Assembly: GCA_026991575.1 (NCBI GenBank)
Contig: JALXBF010000158.1
Coordinates: forward strand, 1-41,096
Direction of reading: 5' to 3'
Source of the DNA: Planctomycetota bacterium
Lineage (GTDB): Bacteria; Planctomycetota; Planctomycetia; JALXBF01
DNA: 41,096 nucleotides
Shown: one piece after another, positions 34,788-41,096 of the stretch
How the letters are laid out: the number at the start of each line of letters is the position of its first letter
Position numbering within the stretch: the first letter of the stretch is position 1
Program-made: the position numbers and the translations under genes
The notes under the pieces: model-generated
Databases searched by the model: none
What the model saw: only the letters and a program-made list of their open reading frames with translations
Told to the model about the DNA's origin: nothing

Positions 34788-36137
34788 TCATGCAAGCAGC
34801 AGCCACCGGGCGCATTCTAGACAAATGAAAAAGCCGAATATGTCCGTCAGCGTGGTAAGCACCGGGTTGGCAGCCAGGGCCGGATCGACACCGAAACGGA
34901 GCATGACCAGCGGTAGGGCAGAGCCAACCAAGACGGCCCACACCGTGTTGGCGAACAGAGCGATGGCGAAGACCAGGCCCACGGCGGCGTCCCCTTGCCA
35001 GAGCCACGCGACGGTAAAGCCGAAGGCCGCCAGGAACAGACCGGTGAGCAGGCCAAGCGGCAGTTCACGGGACCAGACAAACGGAACGTCGCGTTCTCCC
35101 ACGAGGCCCAGGGCCATCTCGCGAATCGTAACCGCCAGCGACTGGGAGCCGGAGTTCCCACCCATGTCGGAGATGATGGGCAGGAAGACGGCCAGGGTGA
35201 TGAACGAGGTGAGCACATCCTGGTAGAGGGCGATCACCGAGGCGGCGGCAACGTCGAGCAGCAGGTTTGCCGCCAGCCACATGGATCGACCACCGAGCCG
35301 GCGGGGCAGCGGGTCGGTACGCAGCTCTTCGCCGCCTGCGATTCCGAAGAACCGCAGCAGCGTGCGACCGGCCTCGGCCTCAGCCGCCTCCTCAATGTCT
35401 GCCCGCCTTACCACGCCGACCAGCCGGCCGTGGTCGTCGACGACCGGAAAGCCAAAGAAGCTGCGGCTCCGGGCCAGCTCGAACAGCTCGCGGAGCGGCG
35501 TCCACGTGTACACGAACTCCGGGTCCTCGACCATGATGTCTCGGATCGGCGCCGCACCTGGCGCCAACAGCAGGTCACGCATCCGGAGCACACCGACCAG
35601 TCGCCCGTTTCGATCGACGACGTAAGCGTACTGAACGTCATAGCGCGCGTACTTCTCGGCGTGTCGCCGCAGGTCCTCGAGCACTTCATCGACCCTGGCC
35701 GTGTCCGGGTACGAGAGAAACTCGGTGATCATCAGGCCACCGGCCGTGTCCGGTGCGAAGGCGACCAGCTTCTCGGCTTCCTCCGCGTCCTCAGGACTCA
35801 TGGCCGCCAGCAGCTGCGCTTCGCGCTGGTCGGTGAGGCGAGCCAGCAGGTCCGCCTGGCGGTCGTGCGGCAACTCGTCCAGCAGCTCGGCGGCCTGTTC
35901 CAGCGGCAGGTCCGTGAGGACTTGGGCACTGACGTGATCGGGGAGCTGTTCCAGGAGGCGCGCAGCGGGCTGAATTGGCAGGTGCCGGACGAGCTCCACT
36001 CGGCTCTCTGGATCGAGCCGCAGCACGAAGCGAAGTAGGTCGTGGTGCTCGGCCCGGTCCAGTTCCTCCGCCAGACGGTGCCACTGGCGGGATTCGAACA
36101 GTTCGCGGAGTTGCTCCTCGGAGGCACGAGGCTTCAT
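34788..36137 (-). CDS. mgtE: Magnesium transporter MgtE
   Basis: DTAGGLM, a CBS pair (YVVDRNGRLVG, PVVDDHGRLVG), FLPIISDMGGNSGSQS and DPALAANPVLTTLTD. Confidence 0.95.
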   Translation of the reverse strand: MKPRASEEQLRELFESRQWHRLAEELDRAEHHDLLRFVLRLDPESRVELVRHLPIQPAARLLEQLPDHVSAQVLTDLPLEQAAELLDELPHDRQADLLARLTDQREAQLLAAMSPEDAEEAEKLVAFAPDTAGGLMITEFLSYPDTARVDEVLEDLRRHAEKYARYDVQYAYVVDRNGRLVGVLRMRDLLLAPGAAPIRDIMVEDPEFVYTWTPLRELFELARSRSFFGFPVVDDHGRLVGVVRRADIEEAAEAEAGRTLLRFFGIAGGEELRTDPLPRRLGGRSMWLAANLLLDVAAASVIALYQDVLTSFITLAVFLPIISDMGGNSGSQSLAVTIREMALGLVGERDVPFVWSRELPLGLLTGLFLAAFGFTVAWLWQGDAAVGLVFAIALFANTVWAVLVGSALPLVMLRFGVDPALAANPVLTTLTDIFGFFICLECARWLLLA

Positions 36138-36886
36138 GTTGAACTCCTTGGTTCGGTTCGCTTGAGCCGGTCGGCTAATTCTCGAATGCGCCGTTGCATC
36201 TCGGCGCGCGCCCGCCGATAACCCTCAAGCGTGACGCTGCCTGAGCGAGCGTAGTCGATGACCACGGCCTCCGCTTCCATGAATGCCTGGCAGGCCCGGG
36301 CGACGGCAGCAGCGATCTCAGCCGGAATCGTGGTCACGCCATTGGCGTCGCCGTGGATCAGGTCCCCGGGGTGGACGGTGACACCGCCGACGCGAACTGG
36401 GACGTTGATCTCCGGGAAGTGGCAGTATCCGTGCGAGCAAATGGTGCCGGTCGTGAAGACGGGAAACTCCAGGGCTCGAACCTGGGGTAGGTCCCGGCCC
36501 GCACCTGAAGTGACCAGCCCCACGGCTCCGAACGCTTTGTAGCTAGTACACATGACCTCGCCGAACACGGCAGCTACAGGCGGGTCGTCCAGATCCTGGA
36601 TCACGACAACCGCGGGGCCGGGCAGTTGTTGGATGAGCGCCAGTTGTTGCTCGAGACCTGCGTAGGACGCTCCGGCAGGTGGCGGCGCAGCGGCGCGGAA
36701 CGTCGCGGTGACGGCGTATCCGACCATGGGGGGTAGCTCGGGGAAGCATGCTTTGATGCGGGCGTCCATGTAGCCGACGTTCCGAGGTCGCACGTCGAAG
36801 AGCTCGATGACGTTGCAGATCGTCGGCGTATCAAACCGGCGCAGTAGCTCGAAATCCTCGGCAGTGAGCGGTTGAATTCTGGCCAT
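36134..36886 (-). CDS. RraA family / HMG-CHA aldolase-like protein
   Basis: FDTPTICNVIE, PMVGYAVT, AVFGEVM, GAGRD and VHPGDLIHGDANGV. ATGA overlap with mgtE. SD GGGAG before ATG 36886. Confidence 0.88.
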   Translation of the reverse strand: MARIQPLTAEDFELLRRFDTPTICNVIELFDVRPRNVGYMDARIKACFPELPPMVGYAVTATFRAAAPPPAGASYAGLEQQLALIQQLPGPAVVVIQDLDDPPVAAVFGEVMCTSYKAFGAVGLVTSGAGRDLPQVRALEFPVFTTGTICSHGYCHFPEINVPVRVGGVTVHPGDLIHGDANGVTTIPAEIAAAVARACQAFMEAEAVVIDYARSGSVTLEGYRRARAEMQRRIRELADRLKRTEPRSST

Positions 36887-37301
36887 GGCATAGCTCCCAC
36901 TGGGACCGGCACCAGCATTCGCCTGGGGCGATGAAGCGGTCACATCCCACAGAGCCCACGGGCCGGCCACGGACCGCAGCAATGCCCGTGGCGTTCCCTG
37001 ACGGCAGGCGCTAACTTGCCGCACGGCATTATTTCCGGTACGCGGCTGCTGGCGGCCGCCGATGTAACCGCATCAGCCTGGCGGCAACGTGTTCAGTTCG
37101 GCGGTCCGGAGCTGCCCGCACCAGGTGCCGGCGACTGCCTTCGGAGATGTCGGGCGGTTGTCCGAGAAGAGCGGACCCGTCAAAATGCTGAAAGTGCGTC
37201 GGCCGGAGAGCGGACGGCGGCTGTCCGCTGCCGAGACGGGTGGCAGCAGATGCAACGCTAGCGGGCAGAACGGCCTCGATCCAGGGACCTACGGAGTACT
37301 G

Positions 37302-39791
37302 ATGCATCGGAACATGCCAGAACCGGGGCAGCGCTGGCTGCGGGTGCTGCAGCAGGTCGACGGCGCGGACCGCTGCCTGGTGCATGTCGAGGTGCTGCCG
37401 GCGCGTGAGGCCGTCTACCGCGAGCCTGCCGTGCCGTTACCGCCGCCACTGCGCCGGGCACTGGCACGGCTCGGGATTGAGCGTCTCTATGAGCATCAGG
37501 CGGTGGCGGTTGACCGAGTCCGTGATGGCCGGAACGTGGTTGTCGTCACGGGCACGGCTAGCGGCAAGACGCTCTGCTACAACCTGCCCGTACTAGAGGC
37601 CGTACTGCAGGACCACCAGGCCTGCGCGCTCTATCTGTATCCCACCAAGGCGCTCTGCCAGGACCAGTTCGCCGGCCTCCAGGACCTGATCCAGCCCGAG
37701 CCCAGACTCGTCTCCGCCGCACGGGCCGGCATCTACGACGGGGACACCCCGGTACCGGAACGCAAGAAGATTCGCGCCGAGGCCAATCTGGTGTTCACCA
37801 ACCCCGACATGCTGCATCGGGCATTCTTGCCTCATCATGCGCGGTGGGCACGACTGTTCGAACGGCTGCGGTACGTCATTCTTGATGAGCTGCACACGTA
37901 TCGCGGCATTTTCGGGGCCAATGTCGGCTGCCTGCTGCGCCGCCTGCGGCGCATCTGCCAGCACTACGGCTCTTCCCCACGGTTCATTGCCACCAGCGCG
38001 ACCATTGGCAATCCCGCGGAGCTGGCTGAGCGACTCGTCGGGTTGCCGTTCGAACTGATCGACCGCGACGGTTCACCCCGCGGCCGCCGCTTCTTCTGCT
38101 TCTGGAACCCCCCCGTCGTCGACTATGCTAGGGCCGTGCGTCGGCACGCCAACCGCGATGCGGTCAAGCTGTTAGCGGCGCTGATCAGCCACGGGGCCCA
38201 AGCCATTGCCTTCGGCCAGTCGCGCATGGGCGTGGAGCTGCTTTACCGGGAATTGAAGGAGGCTCTGGGGCGTGTGGGCGCGTCACTGGCGGATCGGGTC
38301 AAGGCATACCGGGGCGGTTATCTGCCGAATGAGCGGCGAGAGATCGAGCGTGCGCTGTTCAACGGCCGGTTGAAAGCCGTTGTGAGCACGAACGCGCTGG
38401 AACTTGGCATCGACGTCGGCAGCCTGGATGTGGCGGTGCTAGTGGGCTACCCCGGCACCATCGCCAGCACGTGGCAGCAGGCGGGGCGCGCGGGCCGGAC
38501 TCGCGAAGACAGTCTCGCCGTGCTCATCGCCCGCGATGACCCGATCGATCAGTTTCTCGTACGGCATCCCCGGTATTTTTTCGGCAACTCCCCCGAGCAC
38601 GCCGTCATCGACCCGGAGAATGTCTACATTCTCGTCCGCCACCTGGCGTGCGCCGCGTACGAGCTGCCGCTCGATGCGGAAAGCGACCCGAAGATCTTCG
38701 GGCAACGGACTCACCAACTGCTGGCCGCGCTGGAGGCGGAAGGCGTCTGCTCGCGGGTCGGCCAACGGTACCACTTCCGCCAGCAGGACAGCCCGGCTGC
38801 CCGCATCAGCCTGCGCCAGCTATGTGATCACACGGTCAGCATCGTGGAACGGTCGTCTTCCGGGGAACGCGACGGCGAGGTGATCGCGACGGTCGATGAG
38901 TTCAGCGCCGATCAGATCGTCTACCCTCAGGCCGTCTACATGCACGACGGCAAGACCTACGTGGTGACCGAGTATGACGTCCAGAAGCGGATTGCCTACG
39001 TTGAACGCCAGGACACGGGCTACTACACGCAGGCGATCGTGGACACGCAGGTGAGGATCCTGCGCGAGGAGAAGCACCATCTGATCGAGCTGGTTCTGGA
39101 AGCGATGGACGGTCCTGCGGCCGGCCAAGTCCGCGAACCGGATCGATACCGCGCTATGGTGCGGGCGGCCTTTGGACTGCCCAAGCCTCCCCCGCAGCAC
39201 AGCATCAACGGTGCCGCTACGCTGCGTGCCGCGACCGGAGATCTGAATGTGTCATGGACCACGATCTTCTTTAAGAAGATCCGGTTCAAGACGTACGAGA
39301 ACCTGGGTATGGGACCGGTGCACCTGCCTCGGCGCGAGTTCGACACGCAGGGGCTGTGGCTCACGCCATCGCCGTCGCTGCTTGCGCGGGCCGGTGCCGA
39401 ATCGGGAACGGTAGCGGCCGAAGCGCTGCTCGGCCTGTTGAATCTCTTGCTGCGCGCCGTGCCGTTCGTGTCGCTGGCCGAGCAGGCCGACATTGGCGGT
39501 ACGATCGACGCAGCCAACCTCGGCCAGCTCACCGTGTTCCTCTGGGATCGTTACCCCGGAGGGCTCGGCTACTGTGAACGCGCCTACAGCCGGCTGGATG
39601 AAGTGCTTAGGATCGCGCTGGAAATCGTCCGCGATTGCCCGTGTGCAAGCGGCTGCCCGAGCTGTGTGGGGGTTAGCCGCAGGCTGGGCATCTACGTGGA
39701 TCCAGACCTGGCCGGCCGCAACCCAATGCCCAACAAGCTCGCCGCACACCGGTTGTTGCAGCTACTATGCGTATCGAACCGCCGGCGGTGA
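37302..39791 (+). CDS. DEAD/DEAH-box helicase with DUF1998 Zn-binding domain (Hrq1/MrfA/SftH-like)
   Basis: LYEHQ, TGTASGKT, YPTKAL, ILDELHTY, TSATIGNP, STNALELGIDVG, WQQAGRAGR, HLACAAYE and CPCASGCPSC. Start at ATG 37302 after GGAG. Confidence 0.92.
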   Translation: MHRNMPEPGQRWLRVLQQVDGADRCLVHVEVLPAREAVYREPAVPLPPPLRRALARLGIERLYEHQAVAVDRVRDGRNVVVVTGTASGKTLCYNLPVLEAVLQDHQACALYLYPTKALCQDQFAGLQDLIQPEPRLVSAARAGIYDGDTPVPERKKIRAEANLVFTNPDMLHRAFLPHHARWARLFERLRYVILDELHTYRGIFGANVGCLLRRLRRICQHYGSSPRFIATSATIGNPAELAERLVGLPFELIDRDGSPRGRRFFCFWNPPVVDYARAVRRHANRDAVKLLAALISHGAQAIAFGQSRMGVELLYRELKEALGRVGASLADRVKAYRGGYLPNERREIERALFNGRLKAVVSTNALELGIDVGSLDVAVLVGYPGTIASTWQQAGRAGRTREDSLAVLIARDDPIDQFLVRHPRYFFGNSPEHAVIDPENVYILVRHLACAAYELPLDAESDPKIFGQRTHQLLAALEAEGVCSRVGQRYHFRQQDSPAARISLRQLCDHTVSIVERSSSGERDGEVIATVDEFSADQIVYPQAVYMHDGKTYVVTEYDVQKRIAYVERQDTGYYTQAIVDTQVRILREEKHHLIELVLEAMDGPAAGQVREPDRYRAMVRAAFGLPKPPPQHSINGAATLRAATGDLNVSWTTIFFKKIRFKTYENLGMGPVHLPRREFDTQGLWLTPSPSLLARAGAESGTVAAEALLGLLNLLLRAVPFVSLAEQADIGGTIDAANLGQLTVFLWDRYPGGLGYCERAYSRLDEVLRIALEIVRDCPCASGCPSCVGVSRRLGIYVDPDLAGRNPMPNKLAAHRLLQLLCVSNRRR

Positions 39792-39816
39792 GGCTGCCGA
39801 ACAGGGACGTCGCCTC

Positions 39817-40905
39817 CTAGGGAAGCAGAGAGTCGTTGAAGTCGGCCAGAAACAGTTGACTTTCCACGGTTCCGTTGCGGCCCTTCGACGTCCACATCAG
39901 CTTCTTGCCGTCGGGGCTGAAGACCGGCAACACATCGGCTGCCGGCGCGTACGTGACGCGAGCCATCGCGCCGGTTTCGACGTTCAGCACGTACAGGTCG
40001 AAGTTCGGCCGCCGACGTGGGTTGCTGTAGTCAGCGTAAGCGAAGACAACGTGTTTGCCGTTGGGATGCCAGTACGGTGCCCATGCTACCCCGGGCAGAT
40101 TCGTCAGCTTTCGCTCACCGCTGCCGTCGACGTTGATCACATAGATCTGCAGATAGCCCTCCCTGTCCCGGTCAGACCGGAAGATGATGCGTTTGCCCTC
40201 GGGGGAGAAGAACGGGCCACCGTCATAGCCGGGGGCGTTGGTAAGCTGGCGAACGTTCGAACCATCAGCGTCCATGATGTACAGGTCGGGATCCCCGTCG
40301 CGCGTCGAGCAGAAGACGATCTTGCTGCCGTCGGGCGAGTAGGCGCACTCAGCGTCGTAACCGGGGGAATTGGTCAGGTTTCGCAGGTTGGAACCGTCGC
40401 GGTTTGCTTCGAAGATTTCCATGTGCGGATCAAACGTCCACTCGTAACGCCGACGCCGCTTCGCCGGGTTTCGCCGCGCTTCCTCCAGGCGACGTCGCTC
40501 GGCGGCCTCCGTCTCGAGCACATCCGGATCCAGGTGACTGGAAGCGAAGATGATCTTGCGGCCACTGGGGTGGTAGAACGCACACGTGCACCGGCCCCGA
40601 CCGGTAGAAACCAGCCTGGGGATGCCGTCGTCCAACCTCATGGTGTAGATCTGGTAGAACGGATTCGGCCCACGGATTGCCTGGAAGATGATTTCCTGCT
40701 GGTCGGGCGAGAAGTAGGCCTCGCCCGCGGCCACAAAGTAGCGGGCTCCGGCCCGAGGATCCTCCACGTCGAACGTTAGCTGGCGGATGTTGCTCAGCCA
40801 GCGTGCTTCTTGTTCCTGCCAGCTCGGTTCTGGGTTCGCTGCAGCAAGCCAGCTCAAGGCCGTCAGGCCGACCAGTGTGGCAAGCAGGGGGAGCAAGCGT
40901 GACAT
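39817..40905 (-). CDS. Exported TolB-like PD40 beta-propeller protein
   Basis: Signal peptide, NIRQLTF, GEAYFSPD, GYDAECAYSPDG, GYDGGPFFSPEG, WAPYWHPNG and VLPVFSPDG. Confidence 0.88.
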   Translation of the reverse strand: MSRLLPLLATLVGLTALSWLAAANPEPSWQEQEARWLSNIRQLTFDVEDPRAGARYFVAAGEAYFSPDQQEIIFQAIRGPNPFYQIYTMRLDDGIPRLVSTGRGRCTCAFYHPSGRKIIFASSHLDPDVLETEAAERRRLEEARRNPAKRRRRYEWTFDPHMEIFEANRDGSNLRNLTNSPGYDAECAYSPDGSKIVFCSTRDGDPDLYIMDADGSNVRQLTNAPGYDGGPFFSPEGKRIIFRSDRDREGYLQIYVINVDGSGERKLTNLPGVAWAPYWHPNGKHVVFAYADYSNPRRRPNFDLYVLNVETGAMARVTYAPAADVLPVFSPDGKKLMWTSKGRNGTVESQLFLADFNDSLLP

Positions 40906-41013
40906 CGGACGGTTCCCGCAGGCGATTGCGTTGGAGTGGAAGGCACCGTCAGCGCGGTTAGCTGCTTGTGTATTCTACTTGTGCTACGGGAGTCCCTGGC
41001 CGGAGGACAAGGC

Positions 41014-41096
41014 GTGGCGAAGGCACGAATCTACACTGGCACAGGCGATGACGGCACGACCGGACTGATCGGCAGGACACGCGTCTCGAAGAGCGA
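41014..41096 (+). CDS. PduO-type cob(I)alamin adenosyltransferase, 5' fragment (runs off the window)
   Basis: Not in the ORF track. GGAGG SD at 41002-41006, then GTG 41014 translates to MAKARIYTGTGDDGTTGLIGRTRVSKS, matching the PduO IYTxTGDxGxT motif. Confidence 0.85.
   Translation, partial: MAKARIYTGTGDDGTTGLIGRTRVSKS

Noticed and set aside
37302..39791. DUF1998 helicase as part of a DISARM or Druantia-type defence system
   Set aside because: No methyltransferase, DrmA/C/D, phospholipase D nuclease or other defence genes are nearby. The single-chain helicase plus DUF1998 architecture fits Hrq1/MrfA repair helicases.
1..41096. Mobile elements, prophage, CRISPR arrays, tRNA/rRNA and riboswitches
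   Set aside because: No transposase, integrase or phage genes, regular direct repeats, tRNA T-loop cloverleafs or riboswitch cores were recognised by eye. An Infernal/tRNAscan run would be needed to exclude weak hits.

Overview
A GC-rich (roughly 65%) chromosomal window, most likely from a Planctomycetota bacterium: it carries a PVC-type CxxCH/membrane dehydrogenase protein, a DUF1559 prepilin-like domain, a Tat-exported Gfo/Idh/MocA oxidoreductase and a rho-ribH-nusB-ftsY cluster. It holds about 36 coding genes (xylB truncated on the left, an unlisted pduO-type 5' fragment on the right) and one type A RNase P RNA gene (rnpB). I saw no mobile element, prophage, CRISPR array, tRNA or rRNA. The most notable observations are: (1) rnpA and rnpB lie about 770 bp apart on the same strand with an atypical clpS between them; (2) an ECF sigma factor is coupled to an anti-sigma fused to a non-cleavable pilin-like DUF1559 domain, with tandem sigma70-type and ECF-type promoters; (3) an A9 run in a YacP/NYN nuclease gene switches a poly-Lys tail to an acidic tail, and the -1 nt frame ends exactly in a CTAG stop shared with the convergent gene; (4) a DUF1931 histone-fold doublet gene; (5) a sigma54-type promoter ahead of a secreted Pro-rich protein; (6) a long C-rich rho leader with a small uORF; (7) a fully overlapped bidirectional promoter between GT4/kinase and larE. 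All family calls come from motif recognition by eye; no database searches were run.
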